A stretch of 64,000 nt of DNA, taken from Eledone cirrhosa (lineage: Eukaryota). Each line of letters opens with the position of its first letter. Positions within the stretch are counted from its first letter, which is position 1. Location: positions 168,702,001 through 168,766,000 of the forward strand of contig OZ024740.1 of the NCBI GenBank assembly GCA_964016885.1. Reading direction: 5' to 3'. Shown in pieces: positions 1 to 11,754 of this stretch. Made by a program: the position numbers and the translations under genes. The notes under the pieces were generated by a model. That model was not told the origin of the DNA. It worked only from the letters and a program-made list of their open reading frames with translations, and did not search any database.

Positions 1-1077
1 ATAAAAGTGTGACCCTGTACTTAAATAAGAATTCAGGATTACTATTGTAAATGAATACAAATTTTGCTTTCATTATCACCCTACAGAAGTCACTTTGAAT
101 GTCTTCATCATGTATTGAATACTTGTTAATTGTAAAAGTTACCTTACGTCATAATGTAGTATATATATTATATCAACTGCCATTGGACACAGTGTATTAT
201 AAAGCTAATACTATTTGGGGCTGTTGCTCCTGTTAGGAATACTGTTTATGCCCTCATCCAACCTTAAAGCTCAAGCAGCACTAAAGAGATTTATTAGGGT
301 TTCTCAGCTGCAGTCTCTTGATTGAGGAAACCTGAAAGTCACCAGTAAGAGTTAATTTAATCGATTTCAGTACTTGATGAGCACTTTATTTTATTGACCC
401 AAGAAGGATCAAAGACAAATTTGACTTTGGCAAGAATTCAATTAACAACATAAAGTACAAAAACAAATACTACAAGGCACTTTTTCGAATGCTCTAACAA
501 TTCTATCAAATCTATATGGTATATAGCATGTTTGAATAACAGTTTATTCTGGTCAAAATACCCACGTAACTCTTAACAAAGATAAAGCAGCTATTAAACA
601 AATATCGATAACAAATCCTATTTTATTAACATTTCTTTTGCTTAAAAAAAGGGAAAAAATTATAAAAGCAAAATATATAAAAATTATTAATGTCTGACAA
701 TATTGGAATCCTTAATGACAGCTGGAGAGAGAGGCAAGAGGTATCATGAGTAAGAAGGAGGAGAACAAAAAAGAAAGAAAGCGAAAAGAGATATTCACAG
801 ATCAGCAACATCAGCTGCTTGTCACAATTGAAGTTGTAATGGATGTTTGCAAGAGCTTTCACTGCTTTATGAATAACCACTGTGACTAAGTCAAAGGAGG
901 ACTATTGGCTTTTTCAGTTTATTTGTCAAGGAATATATTTTAAGTGGATATTACAAGTATATAATTAATTTTCATATTTGATTTTTTATGGCCTTTTTCA
1001 TATTTACATTTACAATAAGATATCCAAATAAAAAGGATTCAAGAAGTTTGTATTATGTATTTGTTTTATTTTTTCAG

Positions 1078-1525
1078 GACTTCCAATGTCCCTTGGGTCA
1101 CACGTAGCCCATGTATACAAGAAGCTGATGAGACTAAAAACAATTCATCGGTGTCATTTGTCGACCCATTACTTTTAGATAATGATATCCCTGTCCATAA
1201 AGATGAAGTGGAAGGTATTGATATTGGTACATGGAGTGACTCTTCATCACGTGCGAATGATAGTATGCAAGAGCGGAAATCAACTGGAACTAGCTGTGAG
1301 AAATCTTCTGAGTCTGAACGAACAGATATTCTTAAGGGCAGTGCACATGAACGGGCATTTGAAAAGTCACTTGATAATGTGATGGATAAAATATCTGATC
1401 GATCATTTGATCTCAGCATGCACTTTGATAAGAACTCTTTCAGTGATACTGGCAGAGATGATGAATCTAGAACTTTGAAACAAACCAAAGCTGAAAAGAA
1501 AAGGAAATCTTCATCGTGGTATTCA
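1078..1525 (+). CDS. GRAMD1B: GRAMD1/Aster-like sterol transporter, internal coding exon A (Ser/acidic N-terminal region ending KKRKSSSWYS)
   Basis: Acceptor ttttcAG at 1076-1077 and donor GTGAGT at 1526. Frame is open. SSSWYS joins exon B VLSPTYK, matching the GRAMD1 motif SWYxVLSPTYK. Paralog letter is uncertain for an invertebrate. Confidence 0.88.
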
Positions 1526-3018
1526 GTGAGTATGATTTATGTATTTAATTTTTGTTCTTTGTTCACAAAATATTTATATTACTTACAAACACTTACAGTG
1601 CAATCAACATGTAAATTTATATTGCATATAATGCAGTATAAACATTGTTGGATAGCTGTGTAAAATTTTATATTTGTATGTCTTTTGAAAGCAGATGTTT
1701 TATGAATGATTTTATTTGTAACATTTACTGTCTGGCATCAGTTAGATTCAATTTCTTTCAAATAGACATACTCATTTGATTTTCTTCCTTAAAAACAACT
1801 CTGAACATTTTTAACTGACATATGTTCTAATATTAACTTTGCTGAATTTCTCTTTTATTCCCTGCTGTTCAGCAGAAGATATTATGGTGTGCTAGAGCTT
1901 ATCCTACTTTTGAAGGCAACAATGCTAATCAATTGCAGGTTTTATTTACAAGATTTGAGCTTAGCATTGCAAGCTAAAGAAATATTTGTCATATACATAG
2001 TGTTGCTCCTGCCAACTGTGTAAAACTATACCTAATTTTGGCACTTATTTACAACTAGTTTTATTACCATTGAATAGATATTTTCCTCTATGAGTATACT
2101 ACAGAAGCTTTAATAGTTTATAACCTATAGGATCTTTAGTTAGTAGGCCAATCAACATCCTAGCTCATTTTACCAGCTACAAATCTCTCATACATAAATT
2201 ATGAGAATAATTTTGAACATTATTCTTATTGGTTATCCATTAGCATTGTCATCATTATCACTGAAGGAAATTAAATACTAAAGCAATTTTTCAAACGTTT
2301 TTTATTTGGAGTTACTGCTTTAATGGATGGGCTAGGTACCACATATTGCTTCAATGTTCCATTTTTGTTAAAGTTTCTATGGTTGGATGCGCTTCCCAAC
2401 ACCACCTACAAAATGTATTAGATGCATTTTATTGTGGCACCAGCACTAAGTAGGTTGGCATGCCCTCGATAAAAATGAATAATCATCTCTACCCTATGTT
2501 TCTGTTCATTCGCAAATTACTTTACAAAGTATATTGGGTTGTTTTGACTAGTCCATAGTAATAGTAGTAGTTTATAGTTTTAACTTATCATTCAATATAC
2601 TTTATAAAAATTCTTCATCTTAATTAAATTAAACATTATCATTATTTCTAATTTCATTGTCCTAACTGATTTCCTTCTTAGTCACGGAGAAATTTTGTAA
2701 GGGGCGGTTGTTATGATTCTGATTTTTGGACCGTTATCTTACTAGTACTTATTTTATTAACACTAAAAAGATGAAGAGCAAACTTGGCTATGCCTGGATT
2801 TAAACTGGCTATAGTGGGGAGGTGGGTAAGAGTATGATAAAAGCACAAATAGGGTTGAAAACCTGTTAGAGGTGTTTATCATTTTCTTCAATTTAGAGGG
2901 AAATATGTATATTTGGCATGTCCAAATATCTATATACTAAAAATGTATAAATTTATATACACATTTAAATAGTCTTAGTCACTTATATTCTGTATATATA
3001 CAGATATAATTAATACTA

Positions 3019-3053
<35 letters not shown>

Positions 3054-3479
3054 GAGAGAGAGAGAGACAAACACACCTTGTAATTGGGATTACAATTGAC
3101 AATGACATAAGTAAAAAAAGAAGTAAATGTATAAAAAAAAGCAAATATTTACTATATATACTTGCATATATGTAGTGCCTTTTCCCACCAAAACACATGA
3201 AAAACTAGCATGTGAATTATCTATTGTACCTAAAGAACTTCAATTAAAAATATATGGTACATTGTAAATGTTGTATGACGGTACAATTTATACACCTGTT
3301 CAACGTATACAGAAGTATATATATATATATGGTATTGTTATATTATTGTTTAAGTTGATAGTTTCTCCATTACTATAAATTTCAAGCCTGACAGCAATCA
3401 GATGATGCATCATGTGAAAATTATATATATATATATATCTTTAATTCATTATAGAAATGACTTCTACATTATTATCATT

Positions 3480-3860
3480 ATTTTACGCCTGCTTTTCCAT
3501 GCTTGTATGGGTTTTCTTCAATACAGTCTCCCCCTGTTTGTTGTGTTCCTTTGTCATCTCCTCAGTGAGCCTCAGCCAATTTGAGATCAGCTCTAACCAC
3601 CTCTGCCCAGGCTTTCTTTGGTCTTGTTTTACAGCCGCTGCCTTCAATTGGAATTTCCTGGCTCTGCTTTACCTAGTGACCATCATCCATATGCATCACA
3701 TGTCCATACCAATGCAAGTCTTCTTTCCCTCTTGTACACCACATCTGATTCTTCTTATGCCCAGTTTTTCTCTTATCCATGCTTCAATATTCATGTACTT
3801 AACATTACGCATCCATCAAAGCATGCTTTATTTCTCTCCAGCCTTTAAATATCATCAGCA
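3480..3860 (-). mobile_element. Degraded 3' fragment of an RTE-clade LINE
   Basis: Reverse complement resembles the C-terminal WYGHVM region of the RTE copies at 6240-6470 and 31960-32290. Confidence 0.6.
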
Positions 3861-4002
3861 TTCACAATCCAAGTCTCACTACCCTTATGTCTCCCCTTCT
3901 ACTACCACTAAGAGCTATTTTCAGCACCACTACATCACATACACTCGCCATGCCCCCCCCCCCCCCCCCCCACACACACACATATCTATATGCTGCCCCC
4001 TT

Positions 4003-4497
4003 GTGAAGTGGTTGGTGATGGAAAGGGCATCCAACTGTGGAGGGCTTGCTAAACAAAGAGTTTGGAGGACCCTTAACTTATGTTAGGGACATGACAACCT
4101 CACTATTGTTGGTGATCTACACTAGAAATGTACCCAGTATATGCTGTAAAGTGGTTGGGGTTAGGAAGGACATCTAGCCATAGAAAGCTTACCAAACTGA
4201 GGCATGTGAGGAGCCCCTCAGTTATGTTAAGGACACGACAGCCTCCATAGCATTAGTGGTCTACACAATAAATGCACCTAGTGCACACTGTAAAGTGGTT
4301 GGTGATAGAAAGGGCATCCAGCCATAGAAAGCTTTTCAAACAAGTGCTGGGAGGACCCGCAGTTGTATCAAAGACATGACAGCCTCTCCTGTGCACTTGG
4401 TAGAATGTGAGACTGTAAATAAACGAAAACAGATCCCTGGCTTGTCTGAGAGAACAGTAGCCCTACTTCAGTATTGACTTAAAATGATAATGATGAT
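4003..4497 (+). repeat. Diverged ~143-bp tandem repeat (about 2.7 units) of the RTE/SINE 3' tail motif, ending in an ATG-type tail
   Basis: GT(G/A)AAGTGGTTGG...AAGG(G/A)CATC units start at about 4003, 4146 and 4290. Confidence 0.7.
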
Positions 4498-4639
4498 ATA
4501 TATATAAAGACAAGGCTTGCTGAAAACACAAGCCAAAACTGTTTGGCACTGCGGTCGGAATTTTACCTCTCTTTCTCTCCATCTATCTCTCACTCTCTAT
4601 CAGCGACTTCATTGTCAGAGCTAGATGAATTTGAAGACA

Positions 4640-6550
4640 GCGCGCAACCTGGAGGAGAAGGATATGGAAGCTGAAAGAGCCCTCAGCCAGTAACAAATTT
4701 AGAGATATTTTGCTCGACGCCTATGAAAGTAAAGGAAGAACAGATAGAGACATTCAAAATAGAAGATCATTGGGAGTTCCTGAAAGATAACCTACTGAAG
4801 GCAACAGATGAGATCTGTGGATGGAGCAGGGCTACAGAAAGAAGGAGAGTGACTTGGTGGTGGAGCAATAAGGTAGATGAGACAATTATGGCCAAGTGGA
4901 CCCTACAGGGGGCCCAGCTGTACAAGTCAGCAGCAGTGTAGTAAGTAAGGCAATTAAGATGAAGACCGGGAAAGCAGCTTGTCCATCGGGAATAGTTGTC
5001 TAGATGCTGAAAGCATCTGAGTTGGTAGGTCACACCTTAACCACATGTATTGTAAACCAAGCAATACTAAATGGTGTCATGCCAAATGATTGATGCAGCA
5101 ACATTATTGTCAACTACTACAAGAGTAAAAGCGATGCACTAGATAGAGGAAACTATAGAGGCATCAAGTTGACTGACCAGATCATGAAAGTAACAGAAAG
5201 AGTTATAGCACAGCTGTTTAGGTACTTGGTAAATCTAGATGAGATGCATTTCGGATTTGTACCAGGTAAAAGCACTACAGATGCTCTCTTACTGGTGAAG
5301 CAGCTACAGGAAAAGTACCTAGCTAAAAGTAAGCCGCTCTACCTGGAATTTGTTGATCTGGAGAAAGCTTTTAATAGACTGCCTTGTGCCATAATCTGGT
5401 GGGCTCTCAGGAAGCTAGGAGTAGATGAGTGGCTTGTGAAGGCTGTATAAGCTATCTATAGGAAGCAGTCAGCAAAGCTAGGGTTAACAATGACTATAGC
5501 GAGGAATTCAGCATGCAGGTTGGCATCCACCAGGGCTCTGTTCTTAGCTCTCTCCTGTTTATTATCGTACTGCAGATTATAAAAGAGGAGTTTAAGAATC
5601 GTTGCCTATGGGAACTCCTGTACATGGATGATCAAAGCTGAGTCAATGGTGGAACTAGAGAAGAAATTTCAAACCTGGAACAAAGGGTCTTGAAGTCAAC
5701 TTGACAAAGACTAAGGTCTTAGTAAGTAGAAGGGAAACAGAGCCCTGATCTGCTTGGGGAAATGGCCTTGCTCAGTGTGTAGGAAAGGTGTAGGTAGAAA
5801 TTCCATCCACTGTCCCAAATGCAAATTATGGGTACACAAGAGATGTAGTGGGATCTCAGGAAGTTTAGCTAAGAATGTAGGTTTTACATGTAGCCGTTGC
5901 ACTGGAGCAGTAAGAAACAAATGACTGCAGGAAACAAGCGCTATAAAATTTTGGGTTGTTTTGGTAGAAGCAGTAGACAGCTTCTGCTACCTGGGTGACC
6001 AAATTAACAGCAGAGGTGGGTGTTCTAAAAGTATAGAAGTAGTCAAAGTGAGAATTGGATGGAAGAAATTAAGGGAGCTACTACCACTACTAGCTACAAA
6101 AGGCTTTTCCCTCAAAATGAAAGGCCGACTGTATGTTGCATGCACACAAACAGCAATGTTGCATGGTAGTAAGACTTGGACACTGTGTGCAGAAGACTTG
6201 CAAAGATTGGAAAGAAATGAAACTTGCATGTTCTGATGGATGCGTAATAGTAATGTACGTGAACGGCAAAGCATAAAGGAACTGAGAAAGAAACTGGGCA
6301 TGAGAGGGATCAGTTGCAGTGTGCAGGAGAGGAGATTGTGTTGGTATGGACATGTGATGTGTATGAAGGATGACAGCAGAGCGCTCAAAGTTGATGGAAG
6401 CCATGGAGTGGGGAAACCCAGTAAGACTTGGGATGAGATGATAAAAGCTGACCTTGCTCAAAAATGTTGAGACAAGATCTAGACCTCTGGCGTTATGCAG
6501 TAATACAGAAGACCTGCCTTCCCTTCCCATGAGCACAAGCTGAAGCATAC
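4640..6550 (+). mobile_element. RTE-clade LINE, 5'-truncated and frameshifted (RT, Cys/His finger, C-terminus)
   Basis: ORF pieces FVDLEKAFNR, FCYLGD and RRLCWYGHVM; homologous to 30913-32685. Confidence 0.88.
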
Positions 6551-6732
6551 ATATGTAAAAAACTGAGGAAATTTGAATTAAAGGTTCTAAAGCATGTGAT
6601 GTGGATTGTAACTAAAAGCAGCAAAGTTCTACATGGCAACCTTTTTAAATCGTAAATCTTGTCTTCTTGCTCTCTGTACATATAGCCTTTGAATTTGTTT
6701 GACCTTCAGTTTCTTCATGCTGTCTTTGAGCT

Positions 6733-6902
6733 GATCCAGTCCAATTCTGATCAGAGCAGATCGAGCCAAACCAGATCAGACCACAACAGATCAAACCAGT
6801 CCAAATCAGACCGGATTGGACAGCACCAGAACAAACTGGATCAGTTTGGATCAAACTGAATCATGTCAGATTAAACCGGATCAAACCAGATCGGATCAAA
6901 CT
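6733..6902. repeat. Degenerate pentanucleotide array (GATCA/GACCA/AACCA)
   Basis: Visible 5-bp periodicity over about 170 bp. Confidence 0.7.
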
Positions 6903-7264
6903 GTATTTGATAAGGGTTCAGTGTGACCAACTGGCCTTTCCCTCCTCATAGCAGTGCCATCCAGTTCCGCATTGTAAACGTAGCTGCAGCACCCAAACTG
7001 TGGCTCTGCAGTGAGAAGGTAAGGCGTGGCCAATTCTGGCCAGACTTGTCGCCCAACATGGATGACCCATCTAATCCATGCAAGCATGGAAAAATGGATA
7101 CTAAACAGTGATGATGGTGTTATATATATATATATATGGGTGTGTGTGTATATATATAAATATATGTGTATATATATATATATATATATCAGAGGGTGTG
7201 GTAAAAACCAAGTCAACCATAACCCACTAGAATACTCAATACTTGGGGTAGTAGAGTTGGTAAT

Positions 7265-7385
7265 ATGGAAAGATTCAGGACCCCGACGGCTGAGCTCTGA
7301 CCTTTTCAACAGCTAGATCCGAACTGTTCAGATCTAGCTGTCAAAACGGCCGGAGCTCAGCCATCAGGATCCTGACTCTTTTCAT
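7265..7385. repeat. Imperfect palindrome with ~60-bp arms centred on 7325
   Basis: ...CAGCTAGATCCGAAC-T-GTTCAGATCTAGCTG...; pairing extends to ATGGAAAGATTCAGGA / TCCTGACTCTTTTCAT. Confidence 0.9.
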
Positions 7386-7705
7386 GTATATGTATAAATA
7401 TATGTCTGTATATATATATATATATATATGTGTATGTATGTATATGTATATATATAAGAAGGTATGTAATTTGAAAGCTGCAACAATGTGAAAGGTTTGG
7501 TACGATTTAAGATGAAAGAAGGCAACAAAGCTGCTCTGTGTTACCTGTTCTTTATTCAAATATGACTTTCATTTTCAAGATAAAATCTCCTCAACAGATG
7601 TCAAAAACCTTGGAAAATAGAGAACACATTTTTGCTTGTATGTGCCATCCAATCGTTTTTTGTTTTTTTTCAAATCTCTTATATATATATATGTATATGA
7701 ATTTG

Positions 7706-7750
<45 letters not shown>

Positions 7751-7785
7751 CTTTATACATATACATATTTATACATATATATATA

Positions 7786-8505
7786 CTAGCAGATTGGCCC
7801 GGCATTGCTCGGGATTCTAAACATAGATTGGCATGTTCATCTCTCCTTTCTGAAACAGTACAGAAAAGTATGGAATACCTTAGCCTGGGGATGGTGTCTA
7901 CATTTTGTGCTTATAAAAAAAATTTGTTGTAGATTACCAGGGGTTTAACTTAATTGGGTGGCCTGAGTGAAAAATGTTCAACCCACGAAAGCCAAGACGA
8001 TAGGGTTAAATAAAAAGGCATTCGACAAACTGAACATGTATTTGTTGTGCTATGGTACAATGAAATCAATAGTTACAGAACAATAAGCATGTGGGACTGC
8101 AGTGGTGGAGAGCATGAAGGAATTTAGTAGGATACTTTTAAGGTTACAGGCCCTAACGCAACAAAAATGCTAAACAATGCGGTGCCCGGGCAAGAATTTG
8201 AAATCTTTTTCAGTCAAGAAAATTTGTGAAACATAAGTAATGCATATGCAAAGTTTTAAAAAAATTGGTTGGCTTCTTCTCGAGTTACAGGCCCTAACGC
8301 AACCAAAATGTTTTTTAAAAATCGGTTTTTCGCCTACTGCGGTCTCTGGGGCAAAAAATGAGAAAATCCTTTTTGCTCAAAACACTTTAAACGAAATAAG
8401 TACTGCAAATTTTGAAGAAATCGGCTGGATTATTGTTCCATTATGCCTCAAAAATGCCTTTAAAGCCTAAAATATGCAGTTTTTCGCCTAATGCGGTCCC
8501 TAGGA
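7786..8505 (-). mobile_element. Non-autonomous Helitron-like element (3' end at 7786)
   Basis: Minus strand ends CCCGAGC-AAT-GCCGGG hairpin, ~8 nt, CTAG|T. Internal subrepeats TTACAGGCCCTAACGCAAC at ~8143 and ~8285. The 5' end is approximate. Confidence 0.7.
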
Positions 8506-8714
8506 TATATACATTAGGATTTTACCAGTTTTAAACTAGCAAGACCATTTTTCAGTAGAGTACTTGATACTTGGGATAGTAGAAGCAGAGAAACATAAAG
8601 AAGAAATAATGTTTACTTCTGTTGTTTTGATTCATTGATATATGCCGCGGGCTGATATTTAGTTTTGCTTTCTCAAAGCACTGGTGGCATATGTTTTTTT
8701 CTGTTCAACTTCTA

Positions 8715-8773
8715 GCTGTCTGATGAGGTCATAAGTGTTGCATAATGGTTACCACCGAAATATATATAATAGT
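8715..8773 (+). ncRNA. Minimal type-I hammerhead ribozyme motif (sense to host gene), followed by AATAAA at 8781
   Basis: GCTGT-CTGATGA-GGT..ACC-GAAA-TATATA-TA-ATAGT. Core intact; stem I has 5 bp with two G-U pairs; stem III is palindromic. Confidence 0.65.
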
Positions 8774-9499
8774 GATTATGAATAAACAAAGTGAATTATA
8801 ACCTGTTGAATTTTATATATACTATTTTACTTGAGCTTGCCAGTTTTTGTTTTAATTGAAAACATGTTTTGATGTTTCCTTTAGGTGGTCAAATAGTATT
8901 TATATTTCTCCAAGCCATAACAATACTAGACAGGAAATAAATTACTTAGAACTACCATCCTCCATAGATTATCCTACAAAATTTGAAAAATTGCAAACCT
9001 AGAAGCAAACAATGGAAATCAAGAAATGTAATTATAATTATAGCCATTACTAAACCTGTGAGTCCATTATAAATCATCCACACGATAGTGTTGTAAGGGC
9101 CTAGAAATGTTGATATGCCAGCACAAACATTTGGACAACTAATGCTATCATTGATGTAACAGAAATGTGGAAAAAATTCATGCCACAAATTTGATGGGTA
9201 GAGGGGTATATTTAACTGAACTGATTTCAATTTATGACCAGTACTCTCTTATTTTATATATCCAGGAGGGATAAAACAAAGTTGATGCCGACAAGATTTG
9301 AAACCAGAATTCAGTGTAAAGTATTTAGTCTGCCAATTCTGTTGTTGGTAAAATAAATCATTAGTACACTCATTTTGTATATATAGTATCAATGTCTATG
9401 GAGACCTGCTGCATTGCAGACCTGCCGAGCCTATACATAAAGGAAAAATGAATGCATAATTTATGATTAGGATGTTAGTAATGAGTGTGTTAGTTTCAG

Positions 9500-9912
9500 A
9501 ACAGGATCGAGACCTCAGGCGTTATGCAGTAATACAGAAGACCCAACTTCCCACGGGTACAAGCTGAAATTGAAGCATATATACATTATGCCCCACCCCC
9601 TCTCCCACTGTAAAGTGGTAGTGTAGGTGTCACGACAAAAAGAACCCAGTCCACACTGTAAAGTAGTCATGTAGGTGTCACGATAAAAATCACCCAGTCC
9701 ACACTGTGAAGTGGTTGTGTAGTCGTCACAACAAAAAGCACCCAGTCCACACTGTGAATGAGGTTGAGCTTAGGAAGAACATCCAGCTGTAGTAATCAAG
9801 CCAAAATCAGTGCTGTATGAGCAAGCCATGGTCAGCTGACCTGACATTGCCCACAACAAGATAACTCGTCTAACACATGCTAGCGTGGAAAAATAGATGT
9901 AAAATGATGATG
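9500..9912 (+). mobile_element. Short RTE 3'-end copy (last ORF codons and 3'UTR with ~48-bp internal repeats, ATG-type tail)
   Basis: GATCGAGACCTC..GCGTTATGCAGTAATACAGAAGACC matches the end of the 4640-6550 copy; related to 18948-19320 and 22010-22388. Confidence 0.75.
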
Positions 9913-10381
9913 TGCATTTCCAGTTTAGAATAGGTACACCATATTCTTGCATACGATAAGAGATGACTAAAAGGGTTAGTATCAAGAAGGGCATCCAGCC
10001 ATAAAAAATTACCTCAGAAATGATTCCATGAAAAGTATGAAGCCTGCAAAACTAATTCCTGCTTTAGTGAGAAAAATTGCTTTAAAGCACTTGTTGGTAT
10101 TATTCTTGTTGTAGTAGTACATGATCTGTGTGCATTTAGTATCAAAATGTATGGAGAGCTACTGTATTGCAGACCTATCCAACCCATACACCATGGTAAA
10201 TAAATGTAAAACTAATAATAATGATGACATTAGTGATAATCACACTCATTCAAAAGCAAATATATTTTGTCCAGTTTTCAGCCTATTAGTAATGTTGAAA
10301 GCTTTATAATGTCCCATAAGAAATTTAGCTGAAAAACTATTAAGTAAATACAATTAATGGGCATTATATTTGCTCTGCTAT

Positions 10382-10487
10382 AGTCTGAGTTCAAATCCCG
10401 CCGAGGTTAACTTTGCCTTTCATCCTTACGGGGTTGATAAAATAAAGCACTGGGATAATTGCTGGCCTTGTGCCAAAAGTAGAAACA
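10382..10487 (+). mobile_element. 5'-truncated SINE (family A) with 19-bp target-site duplication
   Basis: B-box GAGTTCAAATCC; TSD ATTATATTTGCTCTGCTAT at 10363-10381 and 10488-10506. Confidence 0.85.
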
Positions 10488-11149
10488 ATTATATTTGCTC
10501 TGCTATGGTACAATAGAACTAATCTAAATATTTTGAATGTGTTGTCTCATAGAAAATATATTTTGTTGTCACACTTGAAAAAAATAGATGCCAAACATAT
10601 TTAGAAAGCAATTTAATCTATTTCATCAGATTGTATCCAGAAAATAAAGTAAAAGACAAAAAAACAAAACTGTTTAGTCATTTTGTTGAAAATGCACATA
10701 AAAAAGAAAAACCACATTTATTTTCTCTATTTCTTAATTTCATATTGTATTTTAACTCAATAAAAATTATCTGATGTCAGATTTTTTAATTATTGCAAAA
10801 AAATAAATGGTATCTGTCTGTACAGAATAGTAAATCTACCACAAATACTAACAATACCCCTTCCTCCATATGGCACTACATCCTAGCTTTCTTTAAACAT
10901 TTGCTTGTATTTAGTAATCTAAATGTTCTGTTTAACATTTTCTTGTTATCTTAGCTCATCGAATTTCACCTGTTTCTTAAATTTATGCATCAATTCATTG
11001 CAGATTTTCTTATTTTACTTCTTTCATTTTATTGTTAAAGCCTCATGAAATATTTGTCTTGTGGTGATTTGTTTTTCACACTGAGATAATGTTACTTTAT
11101 TCATTATAACATTGGCTGCAAAAATTATTTTATAACCATTTTATATTAA

Positions 11150-11510
11150 GTGTTAGTGGAAAGAACAGAAATGAGAATGGCTTGGTGGATGAGCAGAGTA
11201 TCTCCCAGAGAAAGGAAGAAGAGAAACAATGAATTACAGTAAATAGTGGGAATAGAACCAATGATGAATATTGTGAAGAGAAATGGAATGAGATGACTGG
11301 GTCATGTGTTGAGGAAGGATGAAAATGACAGGGTGGGGAAAGAGATGGAAATAAATGTGGAAGGAAATAGAAAAGGAAGACCAAGAAAGACATGGCTAAA
11401 AATGTTAGAGAAGGAAATGAATGTCAGAGGATTAATGAGGAAGGAGGCAGAGGATAGGGCAAAATGGGGCTGCTTGTCATGCAGCACGCTAGTCTAAACC
11501 CTGCTTAAAC
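11150..11510 (+). mobile_element. Degraded RTE-type LINE 3' fragment
   Basis: Translation gives GHVLRK...GNRKGRPRKTW...AEDRAKW, a typical RTE C-terminus. Confidence 0.7.
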
Positions 11511-11754
11511 CTCTTGCTGTTGTCATATGTTTAGTGGGGCTGATACATATTTTTTGTTTGATGAACTTAAATTATCAAGTCAGAGAATTTGCTTCATCTA
11601 GTGATCCTGGCATTGATTAGTGTTGGCCTTTGAACTTGTGAACTTGGGATTAATAGTCTAACATCTGAAATTGTAATACTCCATTGATTTTAACCTAGGC
11701 ACAAACAGCTTTTGTGCATGATTTGTCATCTTAAGAAACAGTGTCATTGCATTT

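Noticed and set aside
748-960. Possible upstream exon or uORF (MSKKEENKKK...)
   Set aside because: It stops after ~31 codons, and the candidate donor at 957 has no in-frame ATG; unsupported without transcripts.
1125-1170. CTGATGAG as a hammerhead start
   Set aside because: It lies within coding exon A with no paired helix II or GAAA box.
1055-1663. 202-aa ORF as a standalone gene
   Set aside because: Its ATG and C-terminal tail lie in intron sequence; only 1078-1525 is bounded by splice sites and joins the GRAM exons.
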